DNA from: Candidatus Woesearchaeota archaeon
GTDB lineage: Archaea > Nanobdellota > Nanobdellia > Woesearchaeales > JAZDKJ01
NCBI GenBank assembly: GCA_043803105.1
Contig: JAZDKJ010000006.1
Span: forward strand, 364,222-428,221
Length of the DNA: 64,000 bases
Direction: 5' to 3'
This document shows, one piece after another, positions 45,505 through 55,427 of this stretch (its first letter is position 1; every line of letters begins with the position of its first letter). The notes under the pieces were generated by a model that was not told where the DNA came from, did not search any database, and worked only from the letters and a program-made list of their open reading frames with translations. The position numbers were made by a program, and so were the translations under genes.

Positions 45505-46063
45505 CACTATCTCCTTTTCTTGCAATATAATGGTAGTTCACATAGAGTTCAACGTTCGTTGCATTCACACCGAGGCCGTTGTGCACCATGATTAATCCAC
45601 TCTTCTCGATTTCTCGCCTTAACGTTCTTGCTTGCCCAAGGTAGGAGGGAATATCAATTGCAAGCTTTAAGAGTCTTCCCCTTTCTCTGAATTCTCTCAT
45701 TGGTCTCATTGGAACGTCTCCGACAAGGTAGCCTCCCGGTTTCAGCACTCGTGCTGTCTCTGTAAAAAGCATGTTCCTGTCATGAACCAGGTCTGCAAGA
45801 TATCCCTGAACCACAACGTCGATGCACTCATCCCTAAAGGGGAGGCGCAGCGCATCTCCTGCAACCGCATCCTTTACAAGCAGTGGTTTTTGCTCTCTGT
45901 AGCAAAGGTCGAGTGCGATAGTCTGTCCTGATGAAGCCAAGTGAAGCGAGCTGTCCAAGGCAAAATATCCAGCTCCAAGGTCAAGCATGCTCTTTGATTC
46001 TAGTTCAGGCACAAATGCCAGAAGCGTCCTGTGGTCATACAAAATCATGCCATGTTGTTCCAT
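45461..46063 (-). CDS. class I SAM-dependent methyltransferase
   Basis: LDLGAGYF motif I and VLKPGGYLV. Confidence 0.7.
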   Translation of the reverse strand: MEQHGMILYDHRTLLAFVPELESKSMLDLGAGYFALDSSLHLASSGQTIALDLCYREQKPLLVKDAVAGDALRLPFRDECIDVVVQGYLADLVHDRNMLFTETARVLKPGGYLVGDVPMRPMREFRERGRLLKLAIDIPSYLGQARTLRREIEKSGLIMVHNGLGVNATNVELYVNYHYIARKGDSVKVSSGHSCHWGEP

Positions 46064-46206
46064 ATATCACTTTTAAAGCTTGCTGCTGACATCTCGTGCC
46101 AGAGCAATATCATATATCAAAATGTTACTATTCCAGAATAGAAATGCTTTAATAAGGGGCGTCTAAGGTTCTTTGCAGGGTGTTTAGAGAAAAGCGAGGT
46201 GTCTAG

Positions 46207-47511
46207 ATGAAAGTCCTTATTGTAGGTTCAGGAGGTCGGGAGCATGCTCTGGCCTGGAAAATAGCCAAAAGTCCGCTGGTTTCTAAGGTATATTGTGCTC
46301 CAGGTAATGACGGAATTTTGCAGACGCCAAAGGCAGATTGTTTCTCAGAAATCAAGGCAACAGATATTGAAGGCCTTGTTTCCCTGGCGAAAAAGAAAGG
46401 TGTTGATTTCACTCTTTTTGGTCCTGAAGATTCTTTGGTCAACGGCGCCTATGACAGGTTCAGGAAAGAAGGCCGTCTTGCTTTAGGCCCTGATAGCTGG
46501 GGAGCTGATATTGAAGGCAGCAAAGCCTGGACAAAGGACTTGATGCAAAACTATGGTATACCTACTGCCTTTGGCCAGTCAACCTCAAGGATTTCACAAG
46601 CTAAGGATATTGCCAAGGAATTTGTGCAGCATTATGGTGGTGTAGTTGTCAAGGCAGATGGGCCTTGTGGCGGAAAGGGAGTTTTTGTATGCAGAACCTT
46701 GCTTGAAGCCATTTTAGCCATAGACCGGATTATGGTCAAGCGAGTCTTTGGCCCTGCTGGAAAGCGAGTTGTCTTGGAAGAACTGCTTGTTGGCGAGGAA
46801 GCATCATTCATGGCATTGGTAAACAGCGTCGAAGATTATATCTTGCCTTTTGCTTCATCGCAAGACCATAAGAGGCGTGATGATGGAGATAAAGGCCCAA
46901 TGACCGGCGGCATGGGTGCTTATTCGCCTGCGCCTGTAGTAACACCTGTAATTCATAAAATGATAATGAAAGACACCTTGTACCAGACTATGCGCGCTAT
47001 GGCTCAGGAAGGCAGGCCTTATGTTGGGGTCATGTATGCTGGCCTAATGATAGTTAAAGGAAAACCAAAGGTGCTGGAATTCAACTGCCGCTTCGGAGAC
47101 CCAGAGATCCAGCCAATACTAATGAGGATGAAACCTGACATTATGCCTTTGCTCATTGGCTGTGCAGAAGGCAACCTCAGAAAACAGACGGTTGAATGGT
47201 ACGACGACGCTGCGGTCTGCGTAGTTATGGCCTCAAAAGGTTATCCTGAATCAGAGCAATTGAGAGGCCAGCAGATTCACGGCCTTGAGGATGTTACACA
47301 CATGGAAAATGTCTATGCCTTCCATGCAGGCACTGCTTACAAGAATGGTGTTTGGACTAATAAGGGTGGCCGTGTCTTAGGTGTAACTGGCAGAGCGCCC
47401 ACCATAAAGGAGGCACAAGACCTTGCCTATGAAGCAGCCAAAATGATTACATTCAATGGTGCTCATTATCGCACTGACATAGGCAATAAAGCAATCCAGA
47501 AAACAGTCTAG
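46207..47511 (+). CDS. purD: phosphoribosylamine--glycine ligase
   Basis: MKVLIVGSGGREHALAWK and an ATP-grasp fold. Confidence 0.9.
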   Translation: MKVLIVGSGGREHALAWKIAKSPLVSKVYCAPGNDGILQTPKADCFSEIKATDIEGLVSLAKKKGVDFTLFGPEDSLVNGAYDRFRKEGRLALGPDSWGADIEGSKAWTKDLMQNYGIPTAFGQSTSRISQAKDIAKEFVQHYGGVVVKADGPCGGKGVFVCRTLLEAILAIDRIMVKRVFGPAGKRVVLEELLVGEEASFMALVNSVEDYILPFASSQDHKRRDDGDKGPMTGGMGAYSPAPVVTPVIHKMIMKDTLYQTMRAMAQEGRPYVGVMYAGLMIVKGKPKVLEFNCRFGDPEIQPILMRMKPDIMPLLIGCAEGNLRKQTVEWYDDAAVCVVMASKGYPESEQLRGQQIHGLEDVTHMENVYAFHAGTAYKNGVWTNKGGRVLGVTGRAPTIKEAQDLAYEAAKMITFNGAHYRTDIGNKAIQKTV

Positions 47512-47550
47512 TATTGCGAATAACAGAAAAGCAAGTTAGAGGTATCTCAA

Positions 47551-48504
47551 GTGTCTGATAAACTGTTGCTGATTGGTATGGGTTCGCCTAGTGATTTGAA
47601 GCATTTTGAAAAGCCTTATGCAAGCCTTGACGGCACCATCCCGGAATATCTCTTAAAAAAGGGTGTGAGACTATATTTGAGCCCTGGCACAGGAAAGCCT
47701 CTTGTTACCTCAATACATCGCACCACTGATACAGCAATGAAATTTGCAGATTCTCTTGATAGCTTGGTTGCTATAGAAGGAAGAAATGACAGGTTTGTTG
47801 CCTTATTGTTTGGCGGGCTTGCTTTTCATCTTGGTGGGGCTTTTGCTGGAAAGAATCCTGCAATACCGACGATTGTAGCTGCGATGGATGAGCATGCCTT
47901 CATGAGCGCCTATGCTATGCCTAAAGGAACTCCGGTTGGATTGGTTGGAGTCAACCAGCTTGACAAGGCTGTGATGATGGCAACTAAGATTCTTGACTAT
48001 AACGATTCTAACCGAGCATGGATCATACACCATCATTTCACCAATCCTCCATCGACTGATAGGGAGCATCTCGTAAAGTCTTCATATGATGCTGCCACTC
48101 AGCTTCTGCAAAAGTGCAATGTTTTGTCTTGGGCAGTTGAATTTATTTTTGTCGCGCAGAAGAAATATAAAGGTGTTTCATTAAGCCTGCCAGCGCTGCC
48201 ACAAACCGCAATAGAAATGGACAAGAGGTTAATTTTGGGTTCTGTTTCGTTTGTCAATCCTGCTGCGTTAAGTCCTTGCACCACAGGTCAGTATCAGACC
48301 CTCATGGATGTTGCTGGTCAGCTCAAGAACTCTTTGCTGGTCCATGACCCTTACAACGCAGCCCTTTTTACAATCCAGGTTATCGCAAACAAGTATCCAG
48401 ACTTACGTCTTGGGCTTGACAGGATAAAGGAAGAATCGAGGCTGCCGACTGCGAAGGGTGGGTATTCTCAGTTTTTGCCAATAAAAAAGGATGATTTCAA
48501 GTGA
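47551..48504 (+). CDS. PurE-like (AIR carboxylase family) protein with a C-terminal extension of about 150 aa
   Basis: LLIGMGSPSDL, SIHRT, FGGLAFHLGG...IPTIV resemble the PurE motifs GSxSD, HRTP, AGGAAHLPG. 317 aa against about 160 for canonical PurE. Confidence 0.45.
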   Translation: MSDKLLLIGMGSPSDLKHFEKPYASLDGTIPEYLLKKGVRLYLSPGTGKPLVTSIHRTTDTAMKFADSLDSLVAIEGRNDRFVALLFGGLAFHLGGAFAGKNPAIPTIVAAMDEHAFMSAYAMPKGTPVGLVGVNQLDKAVMMATKILDYNDSNRAWIIHHHFTNPPSTDREHLVKSSYDAATQLLQKCNVLSWAVEFIFVAQKKYKGVSLSLPALPQTAIEMDKRLILGSVSFVNPAALSPCTTGQYQTLMDVAGQLKNSLLVHDPYNAALFTIQVIANKYPDLRLGLDRIKEESRLPTAKGGYSQFLPIKKDDFK

Positions 48505-48515
48505 GGTGAAATAAC

Positions 48516-49796
48516 GTGGGCAGTACAAAAGATTTGGTTACTACAGGAAAGCTTGGTGAGCAATGGTATGCGCCTCCAACCGCTGTCAAGTTTGGTTATG
48601 GACCAATGCAGGTAAAAGGAACCTTCTCTGTGGCAGACTTAAAGAAGCTTATTCCTGAGTCTATCATAAAAAACAAGGCAGAAGCCCTTGCCATGCAGCA
48701 GGCAGCATTTGCAGAGTATCTGCAATATAATCACCCTGAGATCCCAAATTCCTATTATGGTATATTGGACAAAGATTTCAAACGTACTGACGTTCAGCAC
48801 TTGTTGTCTAAGGGAGAAACATCGAGCATCGTAGTCATGAAGCTTGCCCACACGCCAGATAGCTTTTGCGAAGGTAACCTTGATAAATATCGGGCTGCCC
48901 TGCAATCAGGAGAATTACAGTGCGGCGTTGCAGACGTGGAGTCAATCTTCAGGCTGGGCTTTCCGCTCGGCAGCTCGACTTTCGAGGATATTTTCAAGGC
49001 TGTCAGGTTAGGAGAAAAGTACGAGCATTTAGCCACTTACAATGAGACTGCGGCCGAACTCGACAAAATCAGGGCTATGGTTTCCGAGCAAGGTCTTGAC
49101 ATCTTCGAAGGTTTGGAGGAATTGCTTCAAAAAAAAGGCCTGGGCACCACTATTCCGAATCCAGGATTTGTCCTCAAGCATTTTGTTTATGATACAACCA
49201 CAAAATTCGTGAGTTACGGCGACCTTAAGATATCTGAGGAAGATGCTGAGAAACTTAGCGGCCTAAGCCATGAGAGTTATCAGCTCTGGAAGAATGACAT
49301 GTTCCCGAAGATTGCTGCTGCGCAGATAAAATTTTGCATGGAAAGGAACATATTCAATATTGATGGCAAGAGTGAAATCGTGGCATACCATCGCATGCCA
49401 GTTGTTGCCGACTTCCAATGCACTGTTGACGAAAACAGGGAAATGATAGTTGTGGCGGTTGACGGGGTTGAATGGCTGATTCCCAGCAATAAGGAAATAC
49501 AGCGGGCGATTTTCAGAAAAGAGGGAGTTTATGCAGCAAAGGCTGAGGCTTTAAGGCGGTCAGTAAAAGACAAAGGAGTCTTTGACCATTGGAAGGAGTA
49601 TTTTCCGGCTGTCATCAAGGAGCGAAAGATTGATTTGGTGGGTGTTACAGAATTCTCGTGTGATTTGATGGCAAATGCAATCATGGAAGTTGCCAACCGG
49701 ACTCTCGGCCATAGGGTGTTTGATGCAAAGCCGCTTGACTCGTGGGTTAGAGACTTTGTTCCTTATGCTAGTAAGTTACAAAGGCAAGGTGATTAA
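48516..49796 (+). CDS. hypothetical protein in the purine cluster (possibly a divergent SAICAR synthetase/PurC-like fold)
   Basis: 426 aa with weak resemblance to PurC segments. Confidence 0.3.
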   Translation: MGSTKDLVTTGKLGEQWYAPPTAVKFGYGPMQVKGTFSVADLKKLIPESIIKNKAEALAMQQAAFAEYLQYNHPEIPNSYYGILDKDFKRTDVQHLLSKGETSSIVVMKLAHTPDSFCEGNLDKYRAALQSGELQCGVADVESIFRLGFPLGSSTFEDIFKAVRLGEKYEHLATYNETAAELDKIRAMVSEQGLDIFEGLEELLQKKGLGTTIPNPGFVLKHFVYDTTTKFVSYGDLKISEEDAEKLSGLSHESYQLWKNDMFPKIAAAQIKFCMERNIFNIDGKSEIVAYHRMPVVADFQCTVDENREMIVVAVDGVEWLIPSNKEIQRAIFRKEGVYAAKAEALRRSVKDKGVFDHWKEYFPAVIKERKIDLVGVTEFSCDLMANAIMEVANRTLGHRVFDAKPLDSWVRDFVPYASKLQRQGD

Positions 49797-49798
49797 GA

Positions 49799-51751
49799 AT
49801 GGGGCATGTTTTGTTCGGTCGTTATCCAAGCAAGGAGATGAAGGAAATCATCGGTCCTCAACCCAAGGATTACAGGACGCTTTGCTCTCCTGATATGGAA
49901 AATATTTTCTCCAAGGAGTCAAAACATAATGGTTGGGATGACGTTTGGTATGCCCATATGAAAGCACAAAAAGAAACAGGCCTGCCAATACCGCAGGAGC
50001 ATTTGGATGCCTTCCAAGTTATTCTACACAAGATTAATTATCAACGCATGGATGAGATTGAACGAATCCTGAAGCATGATGTTGATTCTGGCAGGAAGCA
50101 TCGTGCTGAAGAATTGGAGAAGGTGTTGGAAGGCTCTTCCGCATGGCTGCATGCTGGTGCAACTAGCTGCACGGTCACAGATAATCAGGAGCTTACTGCA
50201 ATGTATAACGGCTTGCAGCTCTTGGCAGACAAAGGATACAATCTCCTTAACAAGCTTGAGCGTTTTGATTCTGGTCTGATTGTTAACCAGCACAAGTCAG
50301 ATCTAGAATATGCCTTGAATATATTAGACAGCAGGATCAACAACTTCAAGATAAGAGGTGCAAAAGGCACCACAGGCACCCAGGCAAGCTATCTCGAGCT
50401 GTTTGATGGCAATGCAGAAAAGGTCAGCGCTTTCGAACAAGCCTTCATCCAAAGACTTGGGTTTGGTAGGGCATTCACGATAACCGGTCAGACCTATCCA
50501 CGGATTGCGGATTACCAGCTCGTATCAACCTTGGGCGTGCTTGCGACTGCGCTTTCAAACATTGCAGAGTACTCAGTCAGCTTTTCCGAAGAATTAGCTC
50601 ATCCTTTGTCTGATGTGAAGAGCTTTGCAAAAAGCGCTGCGCACATGGCATCCAAGCAGTGGTTGGAGCGAACACTAGATGACTCTGCCCAGAGACGGAT
50701 TATCATCGAAGATTCCTTCAAGGCAGTTGAGTATGTTCTGGATAGGCTGAACTCTGCAGAAATTAACCCGATAGAGATAAGGGACCCTGACTTTCAGCTA
50801 AGCCAGCCATTGTCAGAAACGCTTGAAGGCACTACAGGCAAGGCTCTTGAGCTGTTGCGTGACAAGACTGTGAATACAATTTTCAGAATTCACACATTTG
50901 CAGAGAAGTTCAAGGACCAGCCTTGCATGGCATACACTCATTATCAGGTTGCCCAGCCTACAACTGTAGGCAAGCGGCTTGACCTTTGGGCCTATAATTA
51001 TGTTTTGGCACTTCAGGACATTGAAGACTTTTTGGAGTCTGACAAGAACCTTGAAGTAAGCCAGAATATTGTTGAATATCGCATCGCCACACTGTTAACA
51101 CAGATTGCGGTTGCTGCCCATAAGCAAGCCGCAGATGTCAGGTTGTGCCAGCATGACGGGATAATGACTGAGCCTTTTGCAATTGGCCAAAAAGGTTCAA
51201 GTGCTATGCCTCATAAGCGCAATCCTATGAAGAATGAGCGCATCTGTTCTCTATCTACAGAGTTGATTCAGTATGCTGATTCCAATAATGCCAACCCTTA
51301 TAGCTTTTTGCTAGCTGACTCAGTCTTGAATCTTGCAATGGCTGTTTTTGTTGAGGATACTCCTAAACAAAAGGGCTTTACTGTTAACCCAGAGGTTATT
51401 GCAAAGAATTTCAGGGAATTTCTGCCATATATCTGCCTAGAGCAACTGGTTAACAAAGTGCTCAAGACAGGAAAATACAAGCGCGAGGAGCTGTATGACA
51501 TCGCTTACAATTGCTCAATACAGGCCCGAACCAATGTCGAGGTACACGGCAAGGCAAACAACACGCTTGAATTAGTGTGCGAATACCCTCAATTTGGGCT
51601 CACTCCAGAAATGATTCCTGCGATGCTTGATCCTATGCTCTATATCGGTCTAGCGTCAAAACAGGTAGAATTGTTTGGAAGGGTGCATGTGGACCCCTTG
51701 AAAGAGAAGTACAAATCTGTTCAGGCGTTAGAGTCTGACGTGAAAGTTTAA
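49799..51751 (+). CDS. purB: adenylosuccinate lyase, unusually long (650 aa)
   Basis: Fumarate-lyase signature GSSAMPHKRNP. The N-terminus resembles PurB. Extra length implies insertions. Confidence 0.8.
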   Translation: MGHVLFGRYPSKEMKEIIGPQPKDYRTLCSPDMENIFSKESKHNGWDDVWYAHMKAQKETGLPIPQEHLDAFQVILHKINYQRMDEIERILKHDVDSGRKHRAEELEKVLEGSSAWLHAGATSCTVTDNQELTAMYNGLQLLADKGYNLLNKLERFDSGLIVNQHKSDLEYALNILDSRINNFKIRGAKGTTGTQASYLELFDGNAEKVSAFEQAFIQRLGFGRAFTITGQTYPRIADYQLVSTLGVLATALSNIAEYSVSFSEELAHPLSDVKSFAKSAAHMASKQWLERTLDDSAQRRIIIEDSFKAVEYVLDRLNSAEINPIEIRDPDFQLSQPLSETLEGTTGKALELLRDKTVNTIFRIHTFAEKFKDQPCMAYTHYQVAQPTTVGKRLDLWAYNYVLALQDIEDFLESDKNLEVSQNIVEYRIATLLTQIAVAAHKQAADVRLCQHDGIMTEPFAIGQKGSSAMPHKRNPMKNERICSLSTELIQYADSNNANPYSFLLADSVLNLAMAVFVEDTPKQKGFTVNPEVIAKNFREFLPYICLEQLVNKVLKTGKYKREELYDIAYNCSIQARTNVEVHGKANNTLELVCEYPQFGLTPEMIPAMLDPMLYIGLASKQVELFGRVHVDPLKEKYKSVQALESDVKV

Positions 51752-53220
51752 TGCGACCACTAAAAAACGAGCCTTCAAGGAGCTTGAAGGAGTACAGGCT
51801 TCTTACAGGCAGGACTACTGCTAAGACTGTTATGTCTTCTGTCAATCTCAGGACAAGACTCTGCACGAGTCCTAATGGCAAGGACTTTCTCTATCTGAAC
51901 ATTCCATTGATGAGCGCAGCAATGCAGGCTGTTTCAGGAACAAGGTTATCTGTTGCGCTTGCACAGTTTGGAGGCATTTCTGTTTTGCCGTGCTCTATTC
52001 CGGTTCAGGAGCAGGTTGCAATAATCAAGGAAGTGAAGCGCTTCAAGGCAGGCTTCCAGGAGGATGTGACAACCTTTTCCAAGGATGACCTGATTGCCGA
52101 TGCTGTTAAGGTAATGAGTACAAAAGGCTATCACACTTTTCCCATAACAGAAAATGGGAGATCGCACGGGAGGCTCCTTGGCATATTATCAGACAGGAAT
52201 TTTGACCCCAAAGAGCACGTAAAGAATAAGATCGAGAAACACATGGTGAAGAATGTTGTGACAGCAAGGGAGGGCATTTCATTGCCTGATGCAAACAAGG
52301 TGATGATAAAATACGGCAGGAGCATACTACCTATTGTTGACTCAAGGAAAAACCTACGATACGTTGTCTTCAAGAAAGACCTGGAAAAGCACAGGAACTT
52401 TCCTGATGAGCTCGTCGACCATAACAAGCGCTATATGATCGCTGCAGCAGTCTCGACCTTGCCTAGTGACCACTCAAGGATTGATGCCCTGATTAAGGCA
52501 GGAGTTGATGCCTTGATCATTGATTCCTCCGATGGTTTTTCTGATTTCCAAATTGAGACCTTGAGCTATATCCGTAATAAAACAAGGAAGATTCCGGTGA
52601 TTGGGGGAAATATAATCACTAAAGAAGGCTTTTTTCACTTGGCTGAAGCTGGTTTTGATGCAGTTAAGGTCGGAATGGGAATTGGTTCTGGCTGCACGAC
52701 ACAAGAGCAGAAAGGTGTTGGTCGAGGCCAGGCTTCTGCCTTGATTGATGTCTGCGCTGCTCGCGACGAGTTTTATTCAAACACCAACAGATATCTTCCA
52801 ATAATTTCTGATGGCAGCATTTCAAATCCTGGCCAGATTGTAATTGCCTTGGCTCTAGGCGCAGATTCTGTCATGATGGGTCGGTTCTTTGCCCAATTCT
52901 CCGAGTCTGAAGGCGGTGTGAGGAATCATCCTCAATACGGTCCATTGAAAGAATTCTGGATGGAAGCCTCTGCCAGGGCGAGGAGTTATGGCCGCTATGA
53001 AACCAAGCCAGAATTCTTTTTTGAGGAAGGTGTCGAAGGCTATGTTCCGCACATTGGATCAATCTATGATAATCTCGGCCAGACTTTGATCAAGATAAAG
53101 TCTGCCTTGTCCAATGCTGGCTGCAAGAATATAGATGAATTGCACAAGACTGCAGTGCTTGAATTGCAATCAATAGCATCATTGCAGGATGCTGCAGTGC
53201 ATGATATTATAACTAAGTGA
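51751..53220 (+). CDS. guaB: IMP dehydrogenase (CBS-domain containing)
   Basis: LNIPLMSAAMQAVSG, a CBS pair, and the catalytic loop GMGIGSGCTTQE. Confidence 0.8.
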   Translation: MRPLKNEPSRSLKEYRLLTGRTTAKTVMSSVNLRTRLCTSPNGKDFLYLNIPLMSAAMQAVSGTRLSVALAQFGGISVLPCSIPVQEQVAIIKEVKRFKAGFQEDVTTFSKDDLIADAVKVMSTKGYHTFPITENGRSHGRLLGILSDRNFDPKEHVKNKIEKHMVKNVVTAREGISLPDANKVMIKYGRSILPIVDSRKNLRYVVFKKDLEKHRNFPDELVDHNKRYMIAAAVSTLPSDHSRIDALIKAGVDALIIDSSDGFSDFQIETLSYIRNKTRKIPVIGGNIITKEGFFHLAEAGFDAVKVGMGIGSGCTTQEQKGVGRGQASALIDVCAARDEFYSNTNRYLPIISDGSISNPGQIVIALALGADSVMMGRFFAQFSESEGGVRNHPQYGPLKEFWMEASARARSYGRYETKPEFFFEEGVEGYVPHIGSIYDNLGQTLIKIKSALSNAGCKNIDELHKTAVLELQSIASLQDAAVHDIITK

Positions 53221-53230
53221 GGTGTCATAA

Positions 53231-54643
53231 ATGGGTTTTTCAGAATTGGTGTCAGGTAAGCAGACAATTGCTATTGTTTGCAATCAATGGGGTGATTCAG
53301 GCAAGGGAAAGTTTGTCCACTTGTTTAGCGAGTGGGCTGACATTATCGCACGTGGTACTGGAGGTCCGAATGCAGGTCATACTGTTGTAATAAACGACAA
53401 GACATACATCTTCCACACGATCCCTTCTGGAATTTTGTATGACTGCGCTGGAAAGACTAATGTGATGGGACCTGGAATGGTTATTGATTTGAAAGGCCTT
53501 GGTGAAGAGTTGGACACGCTTGACAAAGAGCGTGCCTCATATAATCACTTGGTTATCAGCAATGCAGCAAATGTGATTTTGCCCCAGCACAAGATTCGAG
53601 ATGGTGCTGCTTTCGCATCCATGGCCAAAGGGTCTGTTGGTTCAACCGGCCGAGGCATCGGCCCTTGCTATGCTGATGCGACTGCCAGAACAGGAATTAC
53701 CTTAGCAGATCTGTTTGACAAAGATATATTGGCAAAGAAATTGAGGGAAAACCTCAAGAACTATCCTGATTTGGTTGACAAGCTAGACGTGGACGAGATT
53801 ATTGAAGAGCAGCTCAAACATTTTGAAAGAATAAGACCTTTTGTCCGCGAAACGCATTATCTTATGAACGAGTCCCTTGCTGCAGGAAAGAAGATCCTCC
53901 TGGAAGGTGCACAGGGATTATTGCTGAGCATAATGTTTGGTACCACACGATATCAGACCAGCTCTGATTGCTCTATTATCGGAACAGCTCAAGGTGTAGG
54001 CCTGAATCCAGCAGTCGTTGACTTAACTCTTGGGATAGTCAAGGCACCTTATATGACTCGTGTTGGCAACGGCCCATTCCCTACTGAGTTTGGAGGAGTA
54101 CTGGCTGAAGAGTATTGTGCAGATGTGAGCCACAACAAGAAGGTTGAACTGGCAAATTACAATCTTGAAGCGCTTCTACGCTCTCCACGCGAGTTCGACC
54201 AGGGGTTATATGCGAGAATTAAAGGAAATGAGTATGGGGCCACCACTGGCCGTCCAAGGAGAACCGGATGGATTGACTTGGTTGCCCTTCGCTATGCTGC
54301 CATGATTAACAAGAGCGCAAAGGCGAAAAGGGCTGATGTTATCATAACAAAGCCCGATGTGATGGATGAGTTTGACAAGATAAAATTATGTGTTGGCTAC
54401 ACCCTTGGGGGTGTGATCACCACCAGGTTCCCGCACCGTTCTGAACTGCTTGAACAATGTGCACCTATTTACGTAACCATGGACGGGTGGAAGACCCCAA
54501 TAAGCGACTTCAGGGATTACAATGAAATAAAGAGGAAAGCGCCAAACCTTGCCAACATTCTGTTCTTCATTGAAGAATATGCTGGTGTTAATATCAGGAG
54601 CGTATCTGTTGGCGCTGATAATGACCAAACAATCTTTAGGTGA
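53231..54643 (+). CDS. purA: adenylosuccinate synthetase
   Basis: QWGDSGKGK and GGPNAGHTV motifs. Confidence 0.9.
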   Translation: MGFSELVSGKQTIAIVCNQWGDSGKGKFVHLFSEWADIIARGTGGPNAGHTVVINDKTYIFHTIPSGILYDCAGKTNVMGPGMVIDLKGLGEELDTLDKERASYNHLVISNAANVILPQHKIRDGAAFASMAKGSVGSTGRGIGPCYADATARTGITLADLFDKDILAKKLRENLKNYPDLVDKLDVDEIIEEQLKHFERIRPFVRETHYLMNESLAAGKKILLEGAQGLLLSIMFGTTRYQTSSDCSIIGTAQGVGLNPAVVDLTLGIVKAPYMTRVGNGPFPTEFGGVLAEEYCADVSHNKKVELANYNLEALLRSPREFDQGLYARIKGNEYGATTGRPRRTGWIDLVALRYAAMINKSAKAKRADVIITKPDVMDEFDKIKLCVGYTLGGVITTRFPHRSELLEQCAPIYVTMDGWKTPISDFRDYNEIKRKAPNLANILFFIEEYAGVNIRSVSVGADNDQTIFR

Positions 54644-54652
54644 GGTGTAAAA

Positions 54653-55426
54653 ATGCAAAAAACTTTAATGGATGTTTTAAAAGATTTTCCCTATCTAGGG
54701 AGGTTTGTTCTTATAGGCGTTGACCTCACAGATACATTTAATTTTATAGCCTGTGGCATCCAGGGTCGAAGCCCGCCAAGTAGAGAAAGGTATTATGAAG
54801 AAAGCACTGACAGGAAGACTCTCTCTGTAAAACCTCTTGCGTATGACAAGATGGTCCGTGAATTCCAGGGAGGCAACCTTAGCGCCAATCCAGAACTTCT
54901 GTTATACAATGTGATAAAAGCTCACCTGACCGGCGTTGCAGTCAGCAACGGAAAACAGACTGATTCGATTGCTGACCTTATACAACCTGGCCAAAAGCCA
55001 AAATCCATTCTTGAAAGAGGCTTATCCAATTGGAGTTATGAATCTGATCCTCCAAATAACACTCCAAGAGTTAACGGGGTGGTGAATGATAATCAGGCAT
55101 GCTTGGCAATTCTGAAAAAGGACAAGGATGGATCACGATTGCCACTATATTTTAACGTCCCGATGACAAGAGGCAGAGGCATGTTACTCCCAACTTATAC
55201 AGGGGTTAATATGAATCCTCTTCCTTCGTTTCAAGGCGAGCCTCTGGAATTGGAGCTCACTGCCACAACCCCAACTGAGATGGTGCTTATGCTTTATGGT
55301 GCCTTAGTGCCACAGTCAGGAGATGATTTACGCGTTGCTGTCGGAGCAATGTTCCAGAACAGGATGGACTTTTCCACAATGCTCTACAGCAAGAGCCGTT
55401 ACGAAAAACCAGTCGAGGTGAAATAA
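54653..55426 (+). CDS. purO: IMP cyclohydrolase, archaeal PurO type
   Basis: YLGRFVLIGVD...AVSNGKQTDSIAD aligns with the PurO family pattern (YLGRI...AVVSNGSHTD.IAD). Confidence 0.65.
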   Translation: MQKTLMDVLKDFPYLGRFVLIGVDLTDTFNFIACGIQGRSPPSRERYYEESTDRKTLSVKPLAYDKMVREFQGGNLSANPELLLYNVIKAHLTGVAVSNGKQTDSIADLIQPGQKPKSILERGLSNWSYESDPPNNTPRVNGVVNDNQACLAILKKDKDGSRLPLYFNVPMTRGRGMLLPTYTGVNMNPLPSFQGEPLELELTATTPTEMVLMLYGALVPQSGDDLRVAVGAMFQNRMDFSTMLYSKSRYEKPVEVK

Positions 55427-55427
55427 G